Shown here in pieces: positions 41,400 to 54,802 of a stretch of 64,000 nucleotides of DNA (position 1 is the stretch's first letter; every line of letters begins with the position of its first letter). The notes beneath the pieces were generated by a model, which saw only the letters and a program-made list of their open reading frames with translations, made no database searches and had not been told where the DNA came from. This DNA is from Camelus dromedarius (lineage: Eukaryota). The translations under genes were made by a program, and so were the position numbers. Where the stretch lies: NCBI RefSeq assembly GCF_036321535.1, contig NC_087437.1:48424001-48488000 (forward strand), read 5' to 3'.

Positions 41400-43000
41400 A
41401 TATTGAGAGCTTCTATGTGCCTATGGATTCCAAAATATAGCTCTAAGCCAGATCATACTTTTGATCACCAGACCTCTAGTGCTGTTTCAAATTCAGCATA
41501 TACAATATTAAATTCATCATCTCTTCCTCCCATCAAACCTGCCCTCTTCTCCATATTTCTTATTTTTAATCTAATAATGAAATTATTATTGTTTTATTGC
41601 TCTTTTAATGGAACTGTTTTTTTTCCCACTTAACTGAGGTATAACTGACAAATAGGAATTATATATTTTTAAGTATACAAGTATACAACGTGATGTTTTG
41701 ATATACATATACACTGTGAAATGATCACCACAATCAAGCTAACATGTCCATCATCTCACATAGCTACATTTCCTTCCTTCCTTCCTTCCTTCCTTCCTTC
41801 CTTCCTTCCTTCCTTTCCCTCCCTTCTCTTCCCTTCCTTCCTTCCTTTGTACTGTTCTTCCTTCCTTGCTTTTTCTTTCTTTTTTTCTTTCTTTTTTGGG
41901 GTGAGAACATTTAAGATGTACCATCTCAGTAAATTTCAAGTCTACAACACAGCATTGTTAACTACAGTCACCTCGCCATACATCTCCAGAATTTACTCTA
42001 ATTGCATAACTGAAACTTTGTACCCTTTGACCAACACCTCCCCACTTCCCCCTCTACCCTGCTGCTGGTAACCACCTTTCTACTTGCTTATTCTACAAGT
42101 CTATTTTAGAGTCCACATATAAGTGAAATCATGAAGTATTTGCCTTTCTGTGTCTGGTTTATTTCACTTAGCATAAGGTCCTCCAGGTTCACCCATGTTA
42201 TTGTAAATGGCAGGATTTCCTTCTTTTTTAAGGCCGAATAATATTCCATTGTATGTATAGACTATATTTTCTTTATCCATTCATCAGTCAACAGACATTT
42301 AAGTTGTTTCCTTATCTTGGTTATTGTGAATAATGCAATCACTTCTTAATGGTCCTTATCCCGATACATTATCCATACTGTTCCAAGGCTGATCTTCCTA
42401 AAACACTGATCTGATTATATATAACTCCACTGTTTTGAAGCCCTCAATGGTTCCACATGCCTACAACAAGAAATCTAGTCTCCCCAGTATGATATGTGAA
42501 ACCCAGTGTCTGGCCTTCTTATCAACTTTCTCAGCTTCAACATCCTATACATACTTTGTGTTTCAGTCAGGGTAAACTGTTTAAGTTCCTCAAATAGCAT
42601 ACTGTTTCATGCTCTCCTATCTTTGCACATAGTTTCCCCATTGCCTAGAATGTCTTTTCCATTCCCATACTCACTCACTGCAACATCCATTTACCAAACT
42701 TTTACTCTTCTTTCCAGACCAGACCCAAACTTTTCTCCATTGTGAAGTTCCCTCTGATGTGCCAGAAAAGAAAACCTCCTCTTCTGAGCCACCTTGATAC
42801 CTTGAATAGAACATCCTGTTATTGCTCTCAACACATGGTATTGTTATATCTTTTCACATGACTGTTTCCTTTTTCTAGACCTAAAACTCCTTAGGATAAG
42901 AAAAGTATATTATTTGCAATGGTTTCTCAGTGCTTAGCCAACACATTGCATAGAGTAAGTAAGTCCATAGTAAGTTTTTGTTGAATACATAGTAAATGAA
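41400..43000 (+). mobile_element. L2 (pieces at about 41400-41560 and 42340-43000) interrupted by an L1MA9-like copy
   Basis: gatcttcctaaaacactgatctgatt, ccctcaatggttcc, tttgcacatagtttcccc, aagtttttgttgaata. Confidence 0.7.
41617..42337 (-). mobile_element. L1MA9-like 3' UTR with an expanded (TTCC)n tract at about 41769-41846
   Basis: actgaggtataactgacaaata...tgtgaaatgatcaccacaatcaagcta...ggtgagaacatttaagat. Confidence 0.88.
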
Positions 43001-43035
43001 TTTTTTAAAATATCACTTACTTAAGAATAGTTTCC

Positions 43036-43077
43036 ATATATATATTATATATATATATATATAATATATATATATAT
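43036..43077. repeat. Interrupted (AT)n microsatellite
   Basis: Directly visible. Confidence 0.95.
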
Positions 43078-44819
43078 TTTTTAATCCTCACCAGAGCCCT
43101 GGGATGTCAGCAACTCATGGTCTCTGTTGTGGAATAGTTAGAGAGATTAGCGGCACTAGTTAGGGAGAGCAGTGGCACTACTGACAGGTAAAAGAAGTTC
43201 TCTCATACAAGGTCTAAAGGTCCAGTGGATGGGTACTATGTGGCTGACATGATTCACTGAGTAATTTAATGTGTTAAAGTAACTGCTGTTTACTCCCCTT
43301 CAGGTTTGATTTCTATAAGGAAGTCTGTGCATATGCTGCCAGCAGGTATTTTTCTTTTCTCAGCTATTGAGAGGCTACCAGCAGCCTGAGGTAACATTCT
43401 CCCTTCTTCCCAGAACATAGATCGTGCTATACTGACATTTTTTCTTCACTATTCAGTTTCCCCTACTGCCTGTGATCTTGAGAAAAAGAACTATATCATT
43501 TTCATTTCTGTATCCCCAGCACTAATCACAGTGCCATATTTAGGGGGCTCTAATGAAAAGTTTCTAGAAAAAAGGAGAGACTGGAAGGTGGAGTGGAGGG
43601 AGGGAGGGAAAAGGTGAAGGGAAGAGAAAGAAAGCAGTCATTCTTGCTTGCTAAAGTAAGAAATATAAACATCATTTTCATTTCGCAGATGAGAAAACGA
43701 AAGAATAAGTCTCCAAGACTACCCATGGACTGACTCACTGGTCAAGCTGAGACAAGAACTCAACTGTCTCAGAGTCCAGGGAGCACATAATCTGGCGTCT
43801 GGAAAGGAGTAGGCCCCCACAGGTTGATATTTCCCTCTCCTTCCCATTGAGACTCTCTGTCCTCTGATAGAGACAGTTGTGTGAAGCAGTTTTTTCTATT
43901 AATGAATAAAACCAGGGCTTTGCTGAATATGCTCAGAGAAACTTCAAAAGAAATCCCTTATTCACAGCATTCTTTCAAAAATTATTTACTGGTTCTCTTG
44001 TTCTTCCTCCATTCCAGAGTTCCATCCTTGCCTAGTAACGCAGAGGACAGGATAGTTGTAATATTAATAAGCTGAAAACTGTGAGAGGTCAGTGGAATAT
44101 ATTTCCACTAAAGAAATTTATAGGAAATGAAACCTAGGTTACTTCTTTCTTTAGCTATTACTCTTTTCAACAGTTAAGAAATCTCATTTTTAAATTATCA
44201 GAGGACATTGAAATTATGTTTCAACAATTCTTAGAGACCACATTTTCTTCCCAGACACATCTGCCCACAACATTCACATCCAATTTTACACCCTAGAAAA
44301 ACATCCCTTCTCTGGGTTCCCAGAGCCTCCTCCAACAATATATTTATTACACTGTAATTATCTTTTAATCCATTGATTTTTTTTTCCTACTAGTTTTTGG
44401 GCCTCTTGAGAACAGGGAAATATAGGGACTATAAAATATTTGTTTGAATCAATCAGGGCTGTATGTAAATATTTAATTTTTTGAATTTTGTGATAAAACT
44501 ACCTTCTCATTATACCATGTCTTCTCTCTGAACCTAATTTCCTCCTGTAGTTCTCTTACATTACAGACCATGAATGTATCAGGAACATGAGTTCAAGAGT
44601 GAGCTGGCAGTTACTAGTATTACAGCTGGGTGATTCTAATCATTTAAGTATACTTTGAAACATATAAAACTTAATATGTAAGGTTTGGCCAAGTAAGAAC
44701 AAATCTTAGTGCTCCCTGTTCTAGTTAATTTTGATAAAATTAAAAAGTACCAGTAGTTCCATTATACCAAGTTCAAAATTAAGAAAGTAAAGTGTAAGAT
44801 GATGATGATAGATAACTAT

Positions 44820-45310
44820 TGGATTTACCAGACCAGGACCCACTTGATTTCCACTTGGGGAACTGCTTCCCAACTCTGAGTTCACATAATTTTCTCAGGT
44901 TGGCCCTACTTCAGTACTTCAAGGGACTTCATGAGACTATATGAACCAGGCCCATGATTCAACCAATAGCCATGGTGATTAGTTCAGGGAAGAGCCTGGA
45001 ATCTCAGTTAATGCAAACACAGCCAATCATGAGAAGTGTATTGAAATAATTGTGAAAGAGAAGCTCTCTTTCTGTAGAAGTTGCTAAGACAATGGCATAT
45101 ATGTCTGAAAATGCTGGCTGTCACTGAAACAGGAAAGGACTTGCCTTTATAAGGAGCCAACAGTGAGTAAGACAGAGAGTAGTAGAGACATTGCTTGAAC
45201 CCTTGGATATAGCCATACATGACACTTCAGTAATGGAAGCCAACAAATTTTCATTTTTGCTTGAGCTATTTATGTTTCCATAACTGCAATCTGAAGAGTA
45301 ATGGCTAACA
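44820..45310 (+). mobile_element. MaLR LTR (MLT1K/L-like)
   Basis: ccatggtgattagttcaggga, cagccaatca, ttgcttgaacccttggatatagccatac, gaagccaacaaatt...actgcaatctgaagagt. Confidence 0.65.
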
Positions 45311-45970
45311 AAGTTATTGCTTTCTCATACTTTATGAAATAAATTGAAAAGTATTAAATCCCATCAGCCTAAATTTCTGGTCAGTTGCTAACTATTTACT
45401 CCATTTTTCCTGAATATATTTCATTTATTGTAAGTCTGCAAACTCACTAATACATGTCCACAATTTATAATCCCAACTCTAAAATACTGCCCTATCCAAC
45501 TAGAAATAATCTTTCATTTCCCTGAACCCTTAAAGAAGCATACCTTAAGGAAAAGATAAAAATACTTTCAACTTTCCAAATGTTTACATAGTTGTCTTAT
45601 TTGGATGAAATTACTGTGACTCAGCCAAATTTTAATTATCCACTTGAACTGTTTCTTGAATGATAAATAAATGGAACAGTAGACTGTTTTCTTATTTCAG
45701 TTAGTTTGTATTGTTGTTACCAAATCAAAACTTTTAAATCCAAATTTATTTCAGTCTCATCATTGAATTAGTATTGTAATTACTCATTCTCATACTTAAT
45801 AATTTTAGTTTTACTTGTAACTTAAATGTAATTTCACTGTCTGTATATGAATTGCTCTGACCTTATTTATGCATTCATGAACAGTTTATGATTTCCCAAA
45901 ATACCCATGGGAAATAAGTAACAAACAATTGCATCTGCATTGTTTTACCTAGCTTTTATACAGTTCCTAC

Positions 45971-46031
45971 CTTGGTGAACCGAAGTAGACTGTTTTAGTA
46001 TTTGGGTTTATCTACACTATAGCTAGATTAC
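45971..46031 (-). pseudogene. Candidate exon 2, 61 nt, (G)NLAIV*INPNTKTVYFGSP(R)
   Basis: gatttacctttcag|GTAA...CAAG|gtagga; a single in-frame TAG at 46012-46014 in the frame set by exon 54803-54861. Confidence 0.45.
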
Positions 46032-46109
46032 CTGAAAGGTAAATCTTATAATGAAAATTCCTTAGAATGTGTATCATCTACACACATAATTAGCTTTATT
46101 ATATCAATA

Positions 46110-46570
46110 CAGGCTCATTTCCAGTAACTCCTTTCCTCAAATCTTATACTCAAAAAACACTAAACCACTTACATTCCCTAAAATGTACCATGTGTTTTTT
46201 CCCTTCTTGCCTTTGGGCATGTTCTTCCTTCTATCTGTATGACTTCATACCTTTTATCCACCCAGGAATGCTTATCTATCTTTCAAGTCTTAATTTAACT
46301 ATTATCTTCTCAATGAAACCTACCAGATACCCTCTACATAGCCCAAGACAAAATTGATCATTTCTTCCTCTTTACCAGCACTGAACCTGTCCATGGCTCT
46401 ATTATTATACTCATCCATACTGAATTACTTGTTCAACTGTTTCCTCAACCAAAATATGAGTTCTCTTTGGGAAGTGGACCAGATCCAATAGATAACTGTA
46501 CATTCAAAGATTAGAATGTACCTGATAACATAGTAAATACTCAATTCATGTTTGGCAAACCAATAAATAC
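46110..46570 (+). mobile_element. L2 3' fragment
   Basis: gcctttgggcatgttcttccttctatctg...cttatctatctttcaagtct...acatagtaaatactcaat. Confidence 0.7.
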
Positions 46571-48299
46571 ATTAATTCATGTAGATGGCAAAATTAATTT
46601 ATTTATGTTTGATTCATTCAACAATCATCTAATTTTGGAAAAATTTTATATTTTTTTTATAATTTTGTATTTTATATTAATCAATGTCCTAATTCTATTT
46701 TATAGAAAAGATTTAAACATAAAAATGAGATCTTTAAGCAACTTTTTAAAGTAAAGTTCTAGATTTCAATAGCAGAGTTTGAACTAAAGTCCATTAGTTA
46801 AGGTTCTAGGTTAAAAAAATTTTTTTTTTGCTGTAAAATTTAAACGGTATGTGTTTAAGAAGTAGTGTAGGTAATATGGCAGTTAGTGTAGGAAGATCAA
46901 GGATAGTCTCCAAAAACAATGAATATATAAGACATACTTCTGGCATAAGAAATTTTTTCAGCTTGTAGAAAGATATAAACAACACCTCACACTGAAAAGA
47001 CAAAATAATAAAAAAAAAAACATGCTAACACATTGCTGCTAGAAAAATGGCATACTTGGAGGTTTCATTTTAAAGGCCACAAAAATAGAAGACTCTCAAA
47101 GTGAAAAGACATTAAAAAAGAAATTGTAAAAATTTCTTTCAGCAATTACATAGATGATTAAGTCAAGAGACAGATAAATGTTTTGACCCATCTATGATCT
47201 GTGACCCCCAAGGCAGCCCCCCTCAAAATATAGAACCCATGCTTCCAGCTTCCTATTGCATGAAAAGAATGTTAGATTTACCATGTTTTCTGACTGATTC
47301 TGTATGATTCAGAAACTTGTCTGAATTTATGCTGCCCTTGTCACTGAATAAATGTTTTCAACTAGGAAGAATGAATCATTCTGTTATTTTAAAAGTTTTC
47401 CTATGTATTTCACAAAGAAACAAATTTCTTGGAGTTAAGGCAATGTTTACACTTGACAATAATAGTAAACTATGCCAGTAACATGTAGTTGACTTAGTAT
47501 ACACTGAAATAAAGGAGCAGGGTACCAATGTCCAAAGCCACGGCTTTTTTATTATTTGGATCATATATGGCACATTTTTTCTGTTCTGTATCTAGCGAGC
47601 CATAGCATGTCTCTAAAATTCAGCCTTTTTCCAATTAGTCATCCATGTTGTCGAAGTAACTGAGATTAAAATAGAAACAATTTGAGATTCAAGAGAAAGA
47701 GAAAATAGAATAGGAAGAAAGTTTATTTCAGTTTAAAATTTTTCCAAGTGTACATACAGCTTTGTCTAATGGCAGAAGCAATCTCAATCAGAAACATTAT
47801 TTCTTTCTTTGCTCATTAATTGAAGCATTATACAGTTAGCATATCCATGAGCTGGACATTGTCCTGTGTTTGTAAGGGAAAGGAAATGTAAAGAACATGC
47901 TTTTACAACACAAAGAAGAGTTACTGTATACAAACCATAATACTAAAAACTACCACATATCACCAATAGCTACTTACGTGCTAAATTATTTTTATATATT
48001 ATCACATTTAATCCATATTACAATCCTATAACTTATTAATTGTGCCCCCATTAACATGATTTTTTAATTTAAAATGTCAATAGAAATTTTTTTAGAAGAT
48101 GGTAATTGATCAGCTAGACTAAATGTTTCACAAGCAGAGCAAAAAACACAAAGAGATGAAAACCATGAAGGAAAAGTAAAAGGCTTGGAGGACAGATCTA
48201 GATCTAGGAGACTTAAGAGTATAGAAAAATCAGAGTTCTACCAGAGGAAAAGTAGGCAGTTAATTCTACCTGTTGCAATTACAAAGTATACAAAAACGC

Positions 48300-50680
48300 A
48301 CAGGAACGTCTATGAGGTTATAATTATCTTAGGGAAAAGGTGGTCTTCAAAGGATTAACGAGAGTTTAAAAGGTTAACTCATATTCTAGGCTGAAAGACC
48401 AGAATATACAGAGAAAACAGAAGAGGATTTCCTGTATATGTCTGAGGAGTGGTGAGCAGCTCAGTGTGACTACAACACTGGCTACATGAAAAAATGACAA
48501 AATATGAATTTGCCAAGCAAGTACATTAGGATTTTTTGTGCTAAGGAATATGAATTGTAGCCTATGGGCGAGTTGTTCTCAAACTTGAACATACATAGTG
48601 ATGTCCCAGGAGTGCTTATTACAACTCAGATTCCTGAAATCTAGCCCCACGTGACCCAATAATCTGCATTATAATACTCGAGTGATGCTGATATTCAGAA
48701 ACAACGCTGTAAAATTGCTGAAATCATCAAAGATTTTTCATTAAAATGATGATGTTATCAGACCTGTGTTTTAGATGACTAATTCTGGCATCAACGTAGA
48801 GAATGAATTAGAATTGTAGCCTGGGGACTGGGAGATTGGGTTAGGATATCCAGAGGGCATTACCAAAGTTTAGTTGAAAGGTAATGAAAGCACTAGTTAG
48901 AGAACCAGCAGCAGAGACAGATGTTGGGGGCAGTTTTAAAAGATATCAGAAATTGAATGGGCAAGGCTGTTGGTCAATTGAAAGTTGTTAAGAGGCAGGA
49001 AGGAAAGAAAAATAAAATAAAAAAACAAAAACAAAGATCCTACTCTCTTAGGACAAGATTGGTTATTCTAAGGCCATGGCAGTGAGTAACCACCCAAACA
49101 GGAGTTAAAACTACTAGTCAAAAGATGACAACTTCCCTCTGAGAATAAATTTCTGAAAGTCATCCAATAAGTCTGACCCAAGAACCCATGCTTCTACAGC
49201 TAACTTCAACACACTCCTACTCTTGTAAGTCTTCTAAACTCTGAAATCCATGCCACCCCAAAGTCTGTCAATTTCTCCCATGCTTGTCCAAATGTTTGCT
49301 TTGCTAAGAGGGACTGCCTTGCTAGCTGTCTAATAACAGAGAAATGGTTGAATAAATGGTAATATAATCCATACTATAACACTTTACCCAGTTCTTAAAA
49401 AGAACAAGTTAGATCTCTGCCTAATAAGTCTCTATCTAATAAATTAACCTGCTTGTTTTACTTACTGTGTGGTAGTCTTTTCCTTCTACAAGCAGAAGGC
49501 AATGTAGAAAGTGACAGCTGTATATTAGACATTTTGCAAGATGCTTTCACTTTAAATCTTCATTTGTTTTTATACTCTTTAAAGTACTTTCATTACTATT
49601 TTGCATGTGAGAAAATGAAGGCTCTGGTAAAGAAACTCACATAAAATAATAAAACTAATCTGATTCTGATCCAGGATTTGACCCCAGGACTTCTGACTCC
49701 AAGTCTACTGATTCTCTTGGATTTGAGCTTGATGGAAACTAGCTGAGATAGTAATCTAGGAAGAAAAGCAGATTTCAGAAGATAGATAATAAGCTCTGCC
49801 TTGTACATGTTAATGATGGAGTTTGGGAAAGGATATTGAAGAGGAAATGAGTAATAAACAGTTGGAAATATAGAGGAAATGCAGGAGAAAAATTGGGTCA
49901 GGAATGATATATTTGGGGGCAACTGTATTTCATGCTGATGCAAGGTTAAATGCTAGTCATTTAAAGTGATAGTGGACAGAAAACAATGGTTACCAGTGGG
50001 TAAAGTGGGTGGGAAGGGATAAATTGGGAGTTTGAAATTTGCACCTCCTGGGGAGTGATGGAAATGTTAGCTTTCTTGATTGTGGTGGTGGTTTCATAGG
50101 TGTATACATCTATCAAAATTCATCAAATTGTACATCTGAAATTATATGTAGTTTACTGTATAGGAATTATACATATACTTTTAACACAATAAAGGTGTTA
50201 AAAAATAAAGTGATAGCTGAGGAGAAATTAGCAATGAATGAAAGAGAGGGGGGAAATTCATTCTTAAAAGAGAGAATCAAAGAAAATACAGTCACATACG
50301 AAGCTAGAGGAAAGCTTTAATAAAGGAAGATGTGATAGATAATGCTATATGTTACAGAAAGTAATTGAGGATGAGAAATTTAATGATACTACTAGATTAA
50401 ACAGCTACTACATCTTTGATGATTTCTATGAGAGTAATTTCAATCAAGTGACAGGAATATGGACCAGATCTCAATGAGTTAAAGAGCAAAATAATGGGAG
50501 AAAAGAAGAGACAATAAGTTTAGAGACTTCTATTCCTGGTAGTGAAGGGAAGACTGCTAAAGCAGAAAGTGGTTGAAGAGGAAAACACAAGTAAGGGAGT
50601 TTTCTGTTGTGTTTAGAATGGAAAAAACTCAAGCATATCTGTAAGCAAATGTGAAGAAACCAGTGAAGAAGACGCTTTAG
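48300..50680 (-). mobile_element. Fragmented L2 with later insertions (MER5A-like 48569-48709, MIR about 49540-49720, chimeric insert 49973-50205)
   Basis: L2 motifs atcagacctgtgttttaga, aagctctgccttgtacatgttaa, tttctatgagagtaatttca; MER5A-like gttctcaaacttga...aatctgcatt...gtgatgctgat. Confidence 0.6.
49973..50205 (+). mobile_element. Chimeric retro-insert: young L1 3' UTR piece joined to an ancient L1ME/MC-type 3' end
   Basis: Perfect 11-bp TSD taaagtgatag (49962-49972 and 50206-50216); AATAAA at 50188 and a short A tail. Confidence 0.75.
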
Positions 50681-52994
50681 AATTAGGCAGCAGCAGAGAT
50701 GGAGGGACTGAGCCTTTGTGCATGAACAGCTCCAAAGGTGGCTGAAGTGATAGATGGGTTTGCCAGTGAAGGGGAGAAAATTAAGGGATCACCATCCTAT
50801 TAATAAAGACAATCTATGCCTAAAGTTTCTTTAATTTTATTTAATCAGAACAGTTTTTCTCAAGGTATATATTGAATTTTTATAGTAAGAGGTATTTATG
50901 TCAATAAATTAACATGGGAAATTGTTGGAGGAAAATTAGATAGCATGGAGAATGGCAGGAAAAGGTTTAGGGGCAGGGGAATTCAAGACCAAGGGAAAAA
51001 ATGAGGAGATAAGCTTTGTGTATAGGAGCCAAGAACCTGTGAAAACAAAGATAACAATTACTCTGACAGTCATTATGATTTTGGACTAATTCCTTAATTT
51101 CTCCATCCCTGAGAGTTTACAGACTAATTATTAGCTTTCCCAACTATAAAATTATGGGGCATGTCAAGTATGGTACACCTAATCGACCCGTAGAATACTA
51201 GTATTTGCCTATCTGCCTCAAGAGTAAGGCACTGAAATTAACTGCTCAGAGTTTGGGGGTGTGCACAGTGATGAATCTGAAAGAAGCAAAGAGTTAGAAA
51301 TTTACAGAGAAACACTCTTCATCTGAATACATTACTGGTTTTAAAAATATATATTGTTTTCACTAAATCCATTTGTTCTTATTCACTTCTCCACTTCATT
51401 TTAGGTACTTTTATTCCATTGTCTCTATGCTTTACAATAAAACTATCCTGTAAAAATTTTCTTGCAATTTACTTTTTCCAATTTCAGTGCAGTTCATTAG
51501 AAAAAAAATCCACTGACAAAAAAAGGTTTAGTGTTAGAGATTCATCAATTCAAGTTTTCAGACAAAAGCAAAATTTTTCATAAATGGACTAGAGCCATTA
51601 TTAAATAGTAATCCATTAATTGCTAGAAGGAACCAGAAATGGAAAAGTGATTTGCAGATAAAGTGATTTAAAGCCAACTAGATTTCCTGAATAGCACACA
51701 AACTGTCAGTGAGTGCAAAGACTTCTGCTTAAATTAGAATTCTTTGTGGAATTCAGTTTAAAGAGAAAAACCAGAAATGGAACCATCATAGGAGAACAAG
51801 GTCATCTGATTTATGTATAGCTTACTAAAGTTGTGAATGCGTTCACTTGTTCTATGATTTGCCTTGGTTTTATAACATTTTGCATGTTATTTGTAGTAAG
51901 TTTAAACAACATAGACAGGCAAATCCTAAGAGGTTACATATTGGAAAAAGCACTGATTCAGAAATTTCAGAGAGAAATAATTATTTGGTGCAATGCTACT
52001 GAATTGGCAGTGGCTGTGTTTATTTGATAACTTTTAGTTGAAAATACTGCTTGACAGCTGGGCAAGTGTTAAAAATATTAAATCCTTGTGACAGATGAAA
52101 TGATTGACTTATCTGTGCCTCTATAGCTATAGCTATAAAAACAAAGCCAATAAATAGGATGTAGCTCATAACACTGCATTTTGAAGAAAAAATATTTTCT
52201 CTTGTAAAGCAGGACAGTTCAATTACAGAACCACTAAGGAAGCATATGTAATTCCATCATCGGTGGGTATATGTGTATAAGTGACACTCATTTAAGAGAT
52301 CACTTAATCATCTACCAAACAGTTCAGTCACTAAATATTTACTGAGTGCTAAGAATATAATAAGCATTATTAGAGACTGGACTTTCAGATAGGTTTACTA
52401 GGCAGAGCCATTCCTTGAGAAGGCACCAATAGATCATTAATATTGTCTATTCATGTGAATGAACATCATCTTTCTCTGTTTTAACAATACCTGAAGAAGT
52501 TGTTTACCTAGGGACTCTATAAGAATAGCAAAAGGAGTTAGTTGAGGAAAAATAAAATATAACAGTCTAAATATAATTATAAATTAAATTTTTGTAATTA
52601 TTTAAATGAGTTTGATTCTTAACTCACTGATAAGGATACTTCATTCATCTCTGGGGTTTTGATTTAGTACCAAATAATAGGCAATTATGGTCATTTCTCT
52701 ATTCAGGTTCTGGTCCTGATCCTGTAATTTGTTCTCCTCCTCTTATTCTTTAAGTGTGTCCTATTCAGAATTCAAGAACAATCAACCAATACTTTCAGAA
52801 CAGCTGACATGTCAGGTACTGTGCTGTCCCCCATGAAATCAAATTACATTTGTGATTGTCTGAGTTTCTTGATCTATCATATTGTTCATGCCAGATTCAT
52901 TGATTCTTTCTTGGTCATTATTGAAATAACAGTTAAATACACCTTTCTATCTCTCTGCAAATACTCTGGGTTTAGGTGGTAGATGCAAATGTGG

Positions 52995-53036
52995 GTTTTT
53001 GTTTGTTTGTTTGTTTGTTTGTTTGTTTGTTTTTGT
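52995..53036. repeat. (GTTT)n microsatellite
   Basis: Directly visible. Confidence 0.95.
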
Positions 53037-53849
53037 TCCTTTGTATGTCTGTCTTATCTGTAAAAGCATAGTAGCAGCTGTTAATTTTTTGGTCATTCCT
53101 TTTATTCATACTGCCCTCTCCTTACTCCACCTGGTCCTAGTCCCCATTATTTTAGCCCCACCTCTTTTCTCCTTTCCCCTTCACCCTTCACTTCATCTCT
53201 CCAAATTCACTGCCACAGCCAGATTTCTGCCAGAGATCCCTCTAGGCAGGGCCCTGTCACCCTGCCTCACACAACTTCCTAACAGGGAAAATAAAAAAGG
53301 CTTAGGGCTGCAGCTTAACTAAGCTCTTTAAGACTGAGTGTAATTCTCTCATGACTACTATATATGGGTTAACTTAACAGCTAAAATATCAAATAACTTA
53401 GCTTTATCTTAGGATGGCAATCAACCAATCAACCAATCAACTCAAACTTCCACCTTAAAACTGAAACTTTTATAACGATTGAAAGCCCATGGCACTAAAT
53501 TGAAATCTAAGAAGAGACAAGGAAGATAAAAATCTGCAAATTTAGAAGATAAAATGGATTACTATGAAGCTGTGCCAAATGTCTATTCAATGTGGGTTAC
53601 AAATTAGAAGGGAGCCCATTCCAATAAACTCATACTGAGTAGTTTAAGAATAACGAAGAAAAACCAAGGAAAAAACATTTGACTTGAAATTAAAGCTCAA
53701 CCCAGTGTAGTCTGCTTTTCCCCTGCTTCTCCTTTTTAAAATGTATTTAAACCTCGATTAGCAGGCCTTGGAATAACCTTGGAGACATGAAATAATCACT
53801 GCCTCCAATGATGATTCTGTTATCCAAAATGAGAATCTTATTTACCCTT

Positions 53850-54090
53850 TTGTTAAAAGATACTTATTGAATATTTTATCAGTTCCTGGGTTGTGCTGTA
53901 AGGATCCAATAATGAAGCAGTTACAGGCTCTGCCTCTGGAATGAGCTCATCCTTTGGGATCACATGTGAAGAGAGAAGCACAGAATGCTGTGAGTATCCC
54001 TGGAGATGGCACTCAACTCAGCCTTGGGAATTTACCTACTGTTTCCCAGAGGAGAAAACATCTAAGCTAAACCCTGAAAGACGAGAAGGA
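53850..54090 (-). mobile_element. L2 3' fragment
   Basis: atacttattgaata...ctctgcctctggaatgagctca...tcccagaggagaaaacatctaagctaaaccctgaaagacgag. Confidence 0.65.
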
Positions 54091-54802
54091 AGTAAATTAA
54101 TCTTACTCTTAGATCTTCGAGATTCCCAACCTTGATACTATTTTTCAGACATTTTAATATGGAGATGAGAGAGATAAATAAAATTATTCTTTTCTGTCCA
54201 ATATCACCACCCTGATCAGCACTAACTCTTTTCTGCCTTCTTCCAAAAGTAGGAACAAGAGAGAAGCAAAGACAAGTTGGGGGAGAAAGTTGAAAGTCTC
54301 TTAAACAACTTTCTGGAGCAGATTATACCAAATTATAGAGGAGTTCTATGTTCCTGAAAACACACACACACACATGCACGCAAATCCCCTATTAAAAGTC
54401 AAATACCTGGAAACTTACAAAGCCAGTCTAAAGAGGAATAGTTCAAAATACAAATTGGATACTGGATACTGGGTTCCTGGGTTTTGGCACCAAAAAAAGA
54501 AATTGAATACTGGGCTTTGTAAAGAATAATGTGAATGAATGGTTGATCTTATACTACAGACATTATAAAAATGAAAGGTATTGTTATTCAGAATTAGCTT
54601 GAGCCTCTTTCTCTAAAGTTCCTAAAGTTTTGATGTGTTCCTTCTGCTTCACTGTAATTTTCCTATTCAGAAAAAAATTGTAGCTAGCCATAGAAGCATT
54701 AGTAATAATAAATGTTATAGTAGTAAGCTCAGATTTTTAAAGGTGAAACTTAGGTAGATATCACCTCCTCAACACCCCCAAGAAAGATCTCTCTGAACTT
54801 AC

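Noticed and set aside
43304..43390. Cluster of plus-strand acceptor/donor pairs (42, 27 and 87 nt)
   Set aside because: Weak donors, internal spacing too short for an intron, no recognisable peptide.
40901..46031. Faint echo of AGBL/CCP carboxypeptidase N-domain motifs (GNLA.V, R.WF.F) in the repaired peptide
   Set aside because: Only a few residues match, FES/FDS is missing and spacing differs; no gene symbol is justified.
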